DNA of 32,000 bases from Pyrodictium occultum (GTDB lineage Archaea > Thermoproteota > Thermoprotei_A > Sulfolobales > Pyrodictiaceae). This document shows, piece by piece, positions 1 through 7,966 of this stretch; within the stretch, counting starts at the first letter, position 1; every line of letters starts with the position of its first letter. A model generated the notes under the pieces. It was not told where the DNA came from and did no database searches. It worked only from the letters and a program-made list of their open reading frames with translations. The translations under genes and the position numbers were made by a program. The stretch is taken from NCBI RefSeq assembly GCF_001462395.1, contig NZ_LNTB01000001.1, forward strand, positions 30,001-62,000, given 5' to 3'.

Positions 1-37
1 ACAGGGGAGAATGTTGCACCGAGCCGGGCTGGCAGAG

Positions 38-50
38 GGTAAAAACAATG
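38..50 (-). terminator. T5 stretch just downstream of the S3Ae stop (candidate archaeal oligo-T terminator)
   Basis: Plus strand reads GGTAAAAACAATG, so the minus strand has TTTTT at 41-45, about 20 nt after the stop at 66-68. Confidence 0.35.
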
Positions 51-65
51 CGCTATTCCGGGCTT

Positions 66-713
66 CTAGCGTATCTCGTACATTAGGGGCGACACCACTA
101 CCGCGGGCTGCGGCTTCCCGTCAGGGCCGGGCACGGTAAGCAGCTTGGACTTGTATATCTCGACTTTGCGTAGCGGGTAGATCTTCTTGGCCGCCTCGAA
201 TACCTCGTTGGCTAGCTGCCCGAACAGCATTGCCTTTATCAGCCCGTCTAGAGTCATCTCGGCGGAGCGCTTGACTATTATGTCTCCCATCACCTTCCTT
301 ATAGCCCTCTTCTGGCTGGTCTTACACCTATAGGTCGTGAGGACCACGCCGGTTATCCTAAGCCCGTAGCCGTCCTTAGTGGTCACATTGTATATGCCCT
401 GCACCTTACTGCTCTTCCTGCGTATGAGGCTCTTCATGTAGTCGCGGGCCAGCTCGTGCCCCTTGAACCTCGTGAAGGCCTTGAGGTTCTCCTCATCCAC
501 GTCGATTATCTGGAGGTAGAGGTGAACATGGATCAGCGAGAAGTCGCCGGTTATGTCGTAGAGCGTGGTCTCCATCACCCTGCCTATGAGCTTGCGCGGG
601 TCGTCGGCGGGGGTCGTGCCTAGGGTGACGCTACCGAACACCTGGGGCGCCACTACCTCGTACCACTTCTTGAGGCGCCACTTATCCCTCGTTCTAGCAG
701 GCCTGCGGCTCAT
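66..713 (-). CDS. rps3ae: 30S ribosomal protein S3Ae (eS1)
   Basis: 215-aa ORF. The N-terminus (RDKWRLKKWYEVVAP) and the basic profile fit the S3Ae/eS1 family. Its ATG overlaps the stop of the upstream ORF (TAATG at 711-715). Confidence 0.9.
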   Translation of the reverse strand: MSRRPARTRDKWRLKKWYEVVAPQVFGSVTLGTTPADDPRKLIGRVMETTLYDITGDFSLIHVHLYLQIIDVDEENLKAFTRFKGHELARDYMKSLIRRKSSKVQGIYNVTTKDGYGLRITGVVLTTYRCKTSQKRAIRKVMGDIIVKRSAEMTLDGLIKAMLFGQLANEVFEAAKKIYPLRKVEIYKSKLLTVPGPDGKPQPAVVVSPLMYEIR

Positions 714-1054
714 TACCTGCTGCCCCGGGTACCGCCGTGGCCTGCCCCGGGCTGCTTTAAAGTCTTAGTAGTCTCCTCTATGGCCTTCAGCAGCGAGTAT
801 AGGTACTCTAGTATCTCGTCCACAGTGTTGCGTAGAGATCCAAGCCTCCTAGGATCCCCGGCCTCTACAGCCAGCTCCAGGACCAGGTCTCCGTCCTCCA
901 CACGCTCAGAAATCCTCATCCATCGAGGCGCTGTGGCGTCGTCGGGCCGTATAGCGGCCTGGAGCGCTCTAGCAGCCTCCTCGCCAAGCCCCTCTATGCG
1001 CAGGAGGATCTCCACCTTCAGGGCCCTACTGGCATCCGAGCCTGATCTCGCCAA
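713..1054 (-). CDS. pcc1: KEOPS complex subunit Pcc1-like protein
   Basis: 113-aa ORF. The pattern KVEILLRIE..EEAARALQAAIRPD...LVLELAVEAGDPRRLGSLRNTVDEILEYL resembles archaeal Pcc1 (A.IE.EF...A.D...LRGTVNSYLRWI). It sits between the S3Ae and RecJ-like genes, as I recall for other archaea. Confidence 0.6.
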   Translation of the reverse strand: MARSGSDASRALKVEILLRIEGLGEEAARALQAAIRPDDATAPRWMRISERVEDGDLVLELAVEAGDPRRLGSLRNTVDEILEYLYSLLKAIEETTKTLKQPGAGHGGTRGSR

Positions 1055-2315
1055 GCAGCTCCCCCTCCCGATAGCGTAGACACTTGGAGTCGATAGCCTC
1101 TCTCACAGCCCCCAGCCCCTGGCTGTAGAGGAGGCTCTCCATGGATACGAGGGCTGTGGAGCCATCCAGCTGGTAGCCGGCCACCTCCTGGCCCCGGATC
1201 ACCCCCAGTTTGCGGAGTATACGCTCCACTGGGAGCAGCGGGGCGTCCCCAACCCTCTCGAGGAGGGCTACTGTGAAGGGGCCGCTCCTCTTCAGTGGGG
1301 GCCTCTTTCTGGAGAGGTTGGCCTCCACGGCATCTACTATGGAGGGTATACTCTCGTGGTAGGTGTAGTAGGCTGCAGCCGCAACTAGGTCCTCCGCCAC
1401 GCCTAGGGAGGCTAGTGCGGCTGCCCCGTGCTTCTCGCCGTAGACCGCTAGGGCTATAGCCGCCTCGCGCAGGTCCTGCAGGGGGGCGGGACGGCTGTAG
1501 TGGGTTATCCCTATCAGCTCCGAGGGCCTGCGCGGCACGCTGCTGGCCTCCTTCAGCATAACGTAGAGCTTCTCCCCGAGGGTTGCCACCGCCTGCTCCG
1601 GCGCCTCCTCCAGGGTCTTGCCGATTAGGGGGGAGAGGCGAGGATCCTCTTCCAGGAGGCGGCGGGCCTCCTCCGGCCTACCCGTTATGCCCGGGAGGTA
1701 GGGCTCAAGGGTCAGGTGAAGGGCCTCCTCCGTCGGCTCGAAGAGCCAGCGGAAGAGCCTGAGGCTGAAGTGCTCCTCCACCCTGTTTTCGAGCTTAAGT
1801 GTCTCTATGATACCGTTTTCTATGCCGGTGAACTCGCCCTTCTTGCCCACGTCAAGGCCGCGCCAGTAGCCCGCAACCACCGAGTAGACCGCGGGGGGCC
1901 CTACGACTGTTATCTCGGAGAGAACCCCGACTAGGAGGCCCGCTATGCTAGAGGAGGTATGGCTCGTCACAGCCACCGATAGGAGGCCTTGGGGTACCTC
2001 TCCGAAGCCTATGAGGGCGGAGGGTTTGCGGGGTGAGAGCTCGCTGGCCAGGGAGGAGGGGTAGCCTAGGAGGAGCATGGGTGCATCGCTGGCGGCGGGA
2101 GGCGCCGCTGTGAAGTAGAGGGTAAAGCCTACGTTGTTCCTGGCGAAAGTGCTGGCGAGTATGGCCGCAGCGAGGACGGAGTCCACGGAGGGGTAGGCGT
2201 ATACCTCCATGTACCCGTAGTCCTTGGTGGCCGCGGCTATTTGGCTAGCCGAGGGGCGGAGGAGGGCGGCCTCCTTCTCGCCGACAAACCTGGAGATGAA
2301 CTCGTCAAGGTTCAA
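1026..2315 (-). CDS. RecJ/Cdc45-like protein with degenerate DHH motifs (candidate GAN/RecJdbh-type CMG component)
   Basis: 429-aa ORF with a TTG start. DHH-fold-like N-terminus, but motif I reads YPSVDS and the DHH position reads TSHTSSS, so the catalytic residues are lost. Position between Pcc1/S3Ae and S15 matches the remembered RecJ/GAN neighbourhood in other archaea. Overlaps Pcc1 by 29 nt. Confidence 0.5.
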   Translation of the reverse strand: MNLDEFISRFVGEKEAALLRPSASQIAAATKDYGYMEVYAYPSVDSVLAAAILASTFARNNVGFTLYFTAAPPAASDAPMLLLGYPSSLASELSPRKPSALIGFGEVPQGLLSVAVTSHTSSSIAGLLVGVLSEITVVGPPAVYSVVAGYWRGLDVGKKGEFTGIENGIIETLKLENRVEEHFSLRLFRWLFEPTEEALHLTLEPYLPGITGRPEEARRLLEEDPRLSPLIGKTLEEAPEQAVATLGEKLYVMLKEASSVPRRPSELIGITHYSRPAPLQDLREAAIALAVYGEKHGAAALASLGVAEDLVAAAAYYTYHESIPSIVDAVEANLSRKRPPLKRSGPFTVALLERVGDAPLLPVERILRKLGVIRGQEVAGYQLDGSTALVSMESLLYSQGLGAVREAIDSKCLRYREGELLGEIRLGCQ

Positions 2316-2392
2316 GCCCTGACGCCCCTAGCCGCCGAGAGAAGCTGGAGGCTAAGGGGTTTCTGGAAAAGAGTGGGGGTCTAGCCACCTGC

Positions 2393-2863
2393 TTACTCCT
2401 GGTAGAGGCCGCCAGCCACCAGCAGCTTCGCCTGCTTCGGGTCGTAGCGCCAGTCCTTCGGCAGCTTGCCAACCCTCTTGTAGTACTCGGCTAGCCTGCG
2501 TATCTTAGCCTCCAGGTCCAGCAGGCCCTTCTTGGCGTGGGTATCCTTCGGGTGCTCCTCCAGGTGGCGGCGGAGGTTCACAGCCTTCTCTATTAGCCTG
2601 AAGAGGTCCTCGGGGACAACCATCTTTATACCATGCTTCTCGAGGACCTCGGTTATGCTCTTACCTAGTATCGGCTTCACCAGGGGTATGCCGAACTGGT
2701 CGCGAAGCACTATGCCTATCATGCTCGGGCCGTAGCCCTTCCTGGCAAGGTCGACTATGATCTCCTCTATCTCCTCGGGGTCGTACTGGACCCACTTCGG
2801 CACGGTCGGGCTAGCCGGCCTGGTCGAGTGCGACCTACCCTTCTTCCTCCTCTTACCTGGCAC
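2393..2863 (-). CDS. rps15: 30S ribosomal protein S15 (uS15/S13e)
   Basis: 156-aa ORF with a GTG start. Contains [25 protein letters not shown] and [17 protein letters not shown], typical of archaeal S15P/S13e. Confidence 0.9.
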   Translation of the reverse strand: MPGKRRKKGRSHSTRPASPTVPKWVQYDPEEIEEIIVDLARKGYGPSMIGIVLRDQFGIPLVKPILGKSITEVLEKHGIKMVVPEDLFRLIEKAVNLRRHLEEHPKDTHAKKGLLDLEAKIRRLAEYYKRVGKLPKDWRYDPKQAKLLVAGGLYQE

Positions 2864-2971
2864 AGGGCATCACCCCTGCTACCCGGCGAGTAGGAGCCCG
2901 CATCGAGCGAGGGCGAGCCCCTACCCCCGGGTGTCCCGGGGGCTCGCCATGGGCCGGGCCTCCCGGGGCCT

Positions 2972-2984
2972 AGGCTAATAAACG
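2972..2984 (-). terminator. T-rich element after the Ham1 stop (terminator and/or TATA-like box)
   Basis: Minus strand reads GCGTTTATTAGCC, starting 4 nt after the stop at 2988-2990. Confidence 0.3.
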
Positions 2985-2987
2985 CTA

Positions 2988-3569
2988 TCAGCGCCCGCCT
3001 CCCAGCTCCTCGCCGCTCTCTAGCCAGCTGCAGAGCCTGCGGGCGGCGCGGGCCCTGTGTGAATACATGTTCTTCTCCTCAATGCTCATCTCCGCGAAGG
3101 TCCTGGACTCGCCCTCCGGGATAAATATCGGGTCGAAGCCGAAGCCTCTGGTGCCCCGGGGCTCCTCGGCTATCCTGCCGTCGCATCTACCCTCGAAGAG
3201 AGCCACTCCCCGGTCATAGGCCAGGGCTATGACCGAGTAGAAGTAGGCCCTCCGGTCGGCCACGCCCTCCATGAGCTTCACCACGCCCTCGATGCCTATC
3301 GTCTTGTAGACGTAGGCGGAGTAGGGGCCCGGGAACCCGTTGAGAGCCTCTATGAAGAGGCCCGCGTCCTCTACTATGAGCGGTCTCCCTACGATGCTGT
3401 AGGCCAGGGAGGCCGCGTAGAGGGCCACGCTCCTAAGGTCGCCCTGCAGCTCCACCTTGGGCGCCGCTATGGGCTCTACCCGGTAGCCGCACTCTGAGAG
3501 GACCCTCTCCAGCTCGCGGATCTTATGCATGTTTGATGTTGCCGCGTATATCACTCTTCCTGGCGCCAT
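2988..3569 (-). CDS. Non-canonical purine NTP pyrophosphatase (Ham1/RdgB/ITPase family)
   Basis: 193-aa ORF. N-terminal ATSNMHKIREL, central EDAGLFIEALNGFPGPYSA and the FGFDPIF motif are Ham1-family signatures. Confidence 0.85.
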   Translation of the reverse strand: MAPGRVIYAATSNMHKIRELERVLSECGYRVEPIAAPKVELQGDLRSVALYAASLAYSIVGRPLIVEDAGLFIEALNGFPGPYSAYVYKTIGIEGVVKLMEGVADRRAYFYSVIALAYDRGVALFEGRCDGRIAEEPRGTRGFGFDPIFIPEGESRTFAEMSIEEKNMYSHRARAARRLCSWLESGEELGGGR

Positions 3570-4258
3570 GCCGTCCTCCTCTCCTCCCGGTACCTGCCCA
3601 TCAGCCTAATCTCTCTGACAAGGCTCATTATTCTATCCGCTGCCTCGCCCCCGCGAACCCGCCGGTAGCCCTCGAGGAAGGCCTGGAGCATCTCGTCCAC
3701 GTGCTCGGGGTGGGTTGACTCGAGGCTACGGAGGTAGAGGTGGACGTCCACCGCCTGGTCCCGCTCCTCGCTCCGGAGGGATGCCAGGCCGAAGTCTATG
3801 AGGTAGACTCTATCGCCGCTGACTAGCACGTTGCTGGTAGTGAGGTCGCCATGGCTTATTCCGGCTGCGTGCAGCCTTGCCGCTGCCTCCCCGAGCATGC
3901 GGGCGTAGCGGGCCGCCTCCCCCGGCTTCTCCTCGACGAGGTCGCGGAGGCTCACGCCATCGATGTACTCCATCACTATCGCCGCCGCTGCAGGGTCGAC
4001 ATAGTATATCGCTGGAGCGTTTACACCGGCCTCAAGCGCTGCTTGCACAGCCTTGGCCTCGTTCACGGTGCGGCGCCAGCGGAGCCTCTGGTCCAGGAGA
4101 GGGTGGCGATAGCTCTTCGCAACCCGAAGCTTCAGCACCGCTCTGCGGCCGAGCCAGTCGATTAGGTAGAGGTAGGCCTCGGCGCCTCGGTGGAAGGGCT
4201 CTCCGAGCTCCTCGAAGCCTCCTAGCGCCAGGGGGCCTCCACCAGGTCTAGCCTCCAA
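3551..4258 (-). CDS. bud32: KEOPS subunit Bud32 (Kae1-associated kinase/ATPase)
   Basis: 235-aa ORF with a TTG start. Small RIO-like kinase fold: GAEAYLY, catalytic HGDLTTSNVL, LIDFGLA. Lies immediately downstream of Kae1, overlapping it by 37 nt in another frame. Confidence 0.8.
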   Translation of the reverse strand: MEARPGGGPLALGGFEELGEPFHRGAEAYLYLIDWLGRRAVLKLRVAKSYRHPLLDQRLRWRRTVNEAKAVQAALEAGVNAPAIYYVDPAAAAIVMEYIDGVSLRDLVEEKPGEAARYARMLGEAAARLHAAGISHGDLTTSNVLVSGDRVYLIDFGLASLRSEERDQAVDVHLYLRSLESTHPEHVDEMLQAFLEGYRRVRGGEAADRIMSLVREIRLMGRYREERRTAWRQEE

Positions 4259-5217
4259 CGCTGCCTCACCACGGCCTCCTCGGGGCTTATCGTGATCCCG
4301 GCTAGCAGGTTGAGAAGCCCGACCCAGGCTATCATCGCGCCGTTGTCGCCAGCTAGGCTTGGGGGAGGATACCCTGCAGCAGCTCCATGGTACCTGGCCA
4401 TCTCCTCTATCTTCCTACGGAGCACCGGGCTCGCGGCAACGCCGCCCGTGAGAAGCACCGAGTCCTTCCTCATGTGGACGAGCCCCCTCTCCGCAACCTC
4501 CACCGCCGCGCCGTAGGCCACCTCGCGGAGCCCGAGGCAGATAGAGGGATGCTCGCTGGGGCCGCTCCTCTCCCACATGCGGAGCGCGGCGGTGAGGAGC
4601 CCCGAGAACGAGACATCCATGCCCTTAACCACGTAGGGGAGGTCAGCGGGCTCCTTGGCGTCCTCGGCGCAGCGGTCGACCACGTGGAGCCCCTCCACCA
4701 CGTAGGGTGGCGCGAGCCCGGCATCCCTGGCGAACGTGTCTAGCAGGTTCCCCAGGGCTATATCTAGCGTCTCCCCGAACACCCGGTACCTCTTCTTAGC
4801 AAAGGCCGCCACCATCGTGTTGCCGCCGGACACGTAGAGCACCAGGGGGTCGAGGAGCCCTGTGACCAGCCTGCCTACCTCGATATGAGCCAGCGCATGG
4901 TTCACCGGTATGAGAGGCTTAGAGTAGTAGACGGCGAGCCCCCTGGCTATAGTGGCGCCAACCCTGAGGGCGGGGCCCAGGCCGGGGCCCAGGGCGACAG
5001 CTATGCCGTCCACGTCGCGTATGCTGAGCCCTGCCTCCCGAAGCGCCTCCCGGAGTACCCTGGGGGCCACACGGGCGTGGTGACTAGCAGCCTCCCTGGG
5101 GTGGATGCCGCCCTTCTCGGGGCGGTAAGTGTCACGCACGTTAGAAAGTATGTAGGGCGGCCTCGTGGAGGCCACGCCTGCCCCGAACGTGTGGGCGGTA
5201 GACTCTATCCCGAGCAC
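4222..5217 (-). CDS. kae1: tRNA N6-adenosine threonylcarbamoyltransferase Kae1 (KEOPS catalytic subunit)
   Basis: Has LGIESTAHTFG, HHARV, NHALAHIE, SGGNT and the GDNGAMIAW motif. The open frame runs up to a GTG at 5307, but that would overlap S27ae by 44 nt. The GTG at 5217 gives the usual M-LGIESTAHTFG N-terminus. The start is uncertain. Confidence 0.88.
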   Translation of the reverse strand: MLGIESTAHTFGAGVASTRPPYILSNVRDTYRPEKGGIHPREAASHHARVAPRVLREALREAGLSIRDVDGIAVALGPGLGPALRVGATIARGLAVYYSKPLIPVNHALAHIEVGRLVTGLLDPLVLYVSGGNTMVAAFAKKRYRVFGETLDIALGNLLDTFARDAGLAPPYVVEGLHVVDRCAEDAKEPADLPYVVKGMDVSFSGLLTAALRMWERSGPSEHPSICLGLREVAYGAAVEVAERGLVHMRKDSVLLTGGVAASPVLRRKIEEMARYHGAAAGYPPPSLAGDNGAMIAWVGLLNLLAGITISPEEAVVRQRWRLDLVEAPWR

Positions 5218-5263
5218 GTATACCTCACGGTCCCAGTCAAGGCCACGGTAGAGGAGACGGGGG

Positions 5264-5452
5264 TCACTTACTCTCCCTGACGAACTCGGTGTGGCCGCAT
5301 TTGCCACAGTGCCACCTCGGCACGGGCTTCTTGTGGAAGGCCATGAAGCTGCCGCAGCGCGGGCATATCTTGTTCTTGCGCCTAATGGTCCCAGTCTTGT
5401 AGTCGTACTCGTAGAGCCTGTGCACGTACAGCTTCAGCTCCTTATTCGCCAT
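5264..5452 (-). CDS. rps27ae: 30S ribosomal protein S27ae (eS31)
   Basis: 62-aa ORF with a zinc ribbon, CPRCGSFM...HCGKCGHTEF, in the conserved position next to S24e. Confidence 0.85.
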   Translation of the reverse strand: MANKELKLYVHRLYEYDYKTGTIRRKNKICPRCGSFMAFHKKPVPRWHCGKCGHTEFVRESK

Positions 5453-5495
5453 GCCTCCTCACCCACTGAGCCTCGGAGGAGCTATGCAGGGCTAA

Positions 5496-5888
5496 TTACT
5501 CCTCCTCTTCCTCCGGCAGCTTGTTACGCTCGATAATATACTTGGGCTCGAACTGGAGGGCGCGCTCGGGGGAGTCGTAGACGTGTATCTCCACCCTGCT
5601 CCTCCCGACACCGTACTCGCTCTCAACCTTCCTCACGTAGAGCCTCTTCACATCCACGTTGAGCGCCTTGGAGAAGGCATGGCGGAGCTTCATCCGGCTG
5701 GGAGTAGGCTTGCCCACGTGGAGTATCACAAGGTCCAGCTCGCGGCGCTTGATAAGCGGGTTGTACCAGTCCCTCACCACGTATACCTCGTAGCCCTCGC
5801 CCAGATCCACCTCAAGCCTCTTAGCGTCCTTAGGCCTCAGTAGCTCCATTATATCCATGGGGGCAGCCTCCTGCGCCACTACCGACAC
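5496..5888 (-). CDS. rps24e: 30S ribosomal protein S24e (eS24)
   Basis: 130-aa ORF. NPLIKRRELDLVILHVGKPTPSR and an acidic C-terminal tail. Followed by S27ae, as in the conserved archaeal operon. Confidence 0.85.
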   Translation of the reverse strand: MSVVAQEAAPMDIMELLRPKDAKRLEVDLGEGYEVYVVRDWYNPLIKRRELDLVILHVGKPTPSRMKLRHAFSKALNVDVKRLYVRKVESEYGVGRSRVEIHVYDSPERALQFEPKYIIERNKLPEEEEE

Positions 5889-5936
5889 CCCTACTACCTA
5901 GCCCGTGGGAGCCCCAGGGCCTGTCAGGCTTGCTCT

Positions 5937-6464
5937 TTAGCCTTTCCCAGCCGGGCTGCACGGGGCGAGCCTGCGAAGTATAGCGGCGGCAAGCCTCTTC
6001 ACGGCCTGGTCGACCTGCACCAGCACCACGCCTTCCCCCGGCTGCCCATAAGCCACCACAACCCCGACGTCGCTGTAGAGTATTGCTGGCAGTGCTAGTA
6101 GGTCCTCCTCCCCATCAACCTCCACCACTGCATTGCCGCGGCGGAGGGCCTCCCGGACTGCCCCAGCCGCCTCCGGCTGGATTGTGGAGCGAGGATTACG
6201 AGCCCTGATGCGGACATAGCCCGGGGGAGGCTCGGGGCAGCCGACGCTGCTGCGCATCTCTCTACAGTCATACACCGCCACGAAGGGACGGAGACCTAGC
6301 CGGAAGGCGGTCCTCGACACCATGTCCCCTACGGTCACTAGCCTCGTGTAGCGGAGCCCGGCGGCAACGTGCCCCAGGCCTGGAACCAGCTCGCCGCGTG
6401 GAACTCTCGAGGCCAGCAGGGGCCGGAGCTCCTCCCGGAGGCAGAGGGGCCGGGAGAACATCAC
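5937..6464 (-). CDS. DUF359 protein (GTP-dependent dephospho-CoA kinase family)
   Basis: 175-aa ORF. VTVGDMVS...VAVYDCREMR pattern. It holds the conserved slot between Spt4 and S24e in the archaeal rpoE-spt4-DUF359-S24e-S27ae cluster (remembered synteny). Confidence 0.6.
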   Translation of the reverse strand: MMFSRPLCLREELRPLLASRVPRGELVPGLGHVAAGLRYTRLVTVGDMVSRTAFRLGLRPFVAVYDCREMRSSVGCPEPPPGYVRIRARNPRSTIQPEAAGAVREALRRGNAVVEVDGEEDLLALPAILYSDVGVVVAYGQPGEGVVLVQVDQAVKRLAAAILRRLAPCSPAGKG

Positions 6465-6518
6465 CCGTCGCCCAGGGGCGTCGCGGATGCTCCTCGGCGG
6501 CGTCCCCCTCCCGCAGGC

Positions 6519-6734
6519 CTACCTAACCTTGATGGCATACCTGCCCGGCCTCGTAATGCCCAGCTTCTTCGCTATGAGCGAGTTCTCCGGGTCTATAACT
6601 ATTATCGCGCCCTCCCAGTCCTCGGAGAGGTCTGTGGAGCCGCATACAGGGCAGCGGGTGGCCTCGCGAGGCGCTAGGCTCTTACACCTACGACAGGCCT
6701 TGAAAGGGGGAGTTCTGCTCCTACGCGCGGACAT
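6519..6734 (-). CDS. spt4: Transcription elongation factor Spt4 (RpoE2)
   Basis: 71-aa ORF with a zinc ribbon, CRRC...CPVCGS, followed by WEGAIIVIDPENSLIAKKLGI. Confidence 0.85.
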   Translation of the reverse strand: MSARRSRTPPFKACRRCKSLAPREATRCPVCGSTDLSEDWEGAIIVIDPENSLIAKKLGITRPGRYAIKVR

Positions 6735-6825
6735 AGCGCCCCAATACCTCCGTGGACACTATCCCGTATGAGGGTGCCGTGACACAGGCGATACCATGTA
6801 CGCGAACTCCCGGGCCACACGAGAC

Positions 6826-6838
6826 GGATAAAACGCGG
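6826..6838 (-). terminator. T4 element after the Rpo7 stop (terminator and/or TATA-like box)
   Basis: Minus strand reads CCGCGTTTTATCC, about 10 nt downstream of the stop at 6847-6849. Confidence 0.3.
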
Positions 6839-6846
6839 TCTGTAGG

Positions 6847-7425
6847 CTAGGCCGCCTTCTCCGCCTCGGCGCTTCTCTCCCTGCCCTCCGTCTTCTTAAA
6901 CCACTCCAGCTTGCCCAGGTAAGGCTGTCTCATCGTCAGCTGTATCCTGGGCCTCATAGTGGGCTCGGAGGGCATCGATACGGATACCACCCTTGCCCTC
7001 ACCACATCATTTATCTCTACCAGGCGCCGCGTGCGCTCTCCTATCAGCGCCTTCCTCTGTGGGTCGAACACGACACGGTCATCCATCAGCTGTGTTATGT
7101 GGGCAAACCCCTCGACAGGGCCAAGGTTTACCCAGAGGCCATACTGCTGCACATTGGCCACAGTGCCCTCGACGACCTCCTTGACCTCCGGCTTGAAGGC
7201 CAGCACACTGTACTCCGATTCATGGTAAGTGGCGCCGTCGCCCGGTATTACGCGGCCCTCCTCGCCAACCTTTACATCGAATATAGCCACTATGATGCCC
7301 ATATCAGGGTGCACATAGCCTACGTACTTCTCAGTCAGCACCTGGAAGGCAGCCTCCTCAAGGGGCATGCCGAACATGCTTGGCGGGATCCTAACAGTGT
7401 CCCTAACACGGTATACCATGTACAA
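6847..7425 (-). CDS. rpoE: DNA-directed RNA polymerase subunit Rpo7 (RpoE/E')
   Basis: 192-aa ORF. N-terminal Rpb7-like region followed by an S1/OB domain (VEGTVANVQQYGLWVNLGPVEGFAHISQ-like). Upstream of spt4. Confidence 0.85.
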   Translation of the reverse strand: MYMVYRVRDTVRIPPSMFGMPLEEAAFQVLTEKYVGYVHPDMGIIVAIFDVKVGEEGRVIPGDGATYHESEYSVLAFKPEVKEVVEGTVANVQQYGLWVNLGPVEGFAHITQLMDDRVVFDPQRKALIGERTRRLVEINDVVRARVVSVSMPSEPTMRPRIQLTMRQPYLGKLEWFKKTEGRERSAEAEKAA

Positions 7426-7455
7426 GCTGTCACCCGCACATGAGCCTCAGTATCG

Positions 7456-7464
7456 CCTATACGA
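7456..7464 (-). promoter_or_regulatory. TATA-like box for rpoE
   Basis: Minus strand reads TCGTATAGG, 31-39 nt upstream of the ATG at 7425. Other genes in this window show the same spacing. Confidence 0.4.
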
Positions 7465-7524
7465 TACCCTAGCAGCGCCGAGGGCTGACTGGAGGCTGGG
7501 AAGTATTAAGCGTGTCCGTATAGG

Positions 7525-7537
7525 CCTAAAAATAAGG
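7525..7537 (-). terminator. Oligo-T terminator candidate after the PIN gene
   Basis: Minus strand reads CCTTATTTTTAGG, about 16 nt after the stop at 7553-7555. Shares an identical 11-mer with the element at 9307-9317. Confidence 0.4.
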
Positions 7538-7552
7538 ATAGGGGCCCTCAGG

Positions 7553-7966
7553 CTAATCCCCCTCGAGCATGAGGCCGTGGCGGGACCGGCGGTAGTAAAT
7601 GTTGGGGAGCCCCTTCTCCCGGAGCCTCCTCCGGAGCTCATTGTCGGCCGTAGCCACTATAGCCTCTTGGTCGGAGAGGGCAAGCGCCAGGATAGCCTCG
7701 TCGGCGCTCTCGGCGCTAGTGTCTACAACGCGGCAGCTCTCCCTCCTTAGAGCCTCTATGGCGAGGCGGGCGGCCCGCCGGCGGTGGATGGGGCCAGGGC
7801 CGGAGGCGATGCGCTCCAGCTCCTCTAGAACCTGGCGCGGCACCACGCACTCGGGATTTGATAGGAGTAGGGAGGCGCTCTCCTCGAACACGGGAACGCC
7901 TTCATAGAGGAGCATTAGCATACTGGTGTCGTAAATGACCCGTTTTAGTCTTTTACCAACCCCCAT
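7553..7966 (-). CDS. PIN-domain endoribonuclease-like protein (Fcf1/Utp24-like, COG1412 type)
   Basis: VIYDTSMLMLL...VVPRQVLEELERIA...IVATADNELRRRLREKGLPNIYYR carries PIN acidic residues. The open frame extends to 8026; I chose the internal ATG at 7966 (MGVGKRLKRV) to limit overlap with aIF2-gamma. Confidence 0.65.
   Translation of the reverse strand: MGVGKRLKRVIYDTSMLMLLYEGVPVFEESASLLLSNPECVVPRQVLEELERIASGPGPIHRRRAARLAIEALRRESCRVVDTSAESADEAILALALSDQEAIVATADNELRRRLREKGLPNIYYRRSRHGLMLEGD

Noticed and set aside
4222-4258. Programmed -1 frameshift producing a Kae1-Bud32 fusion, as in archaea where the two are one polypeptide
   Set aside because: The overlap has only a C5 run (GGCCCCCTGG), no canonical X_XXY_YYZ slippery heptamer and no obvious downstream pseudoknot. 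Separate overlapping genes with a TTG restart is the simpler reading.
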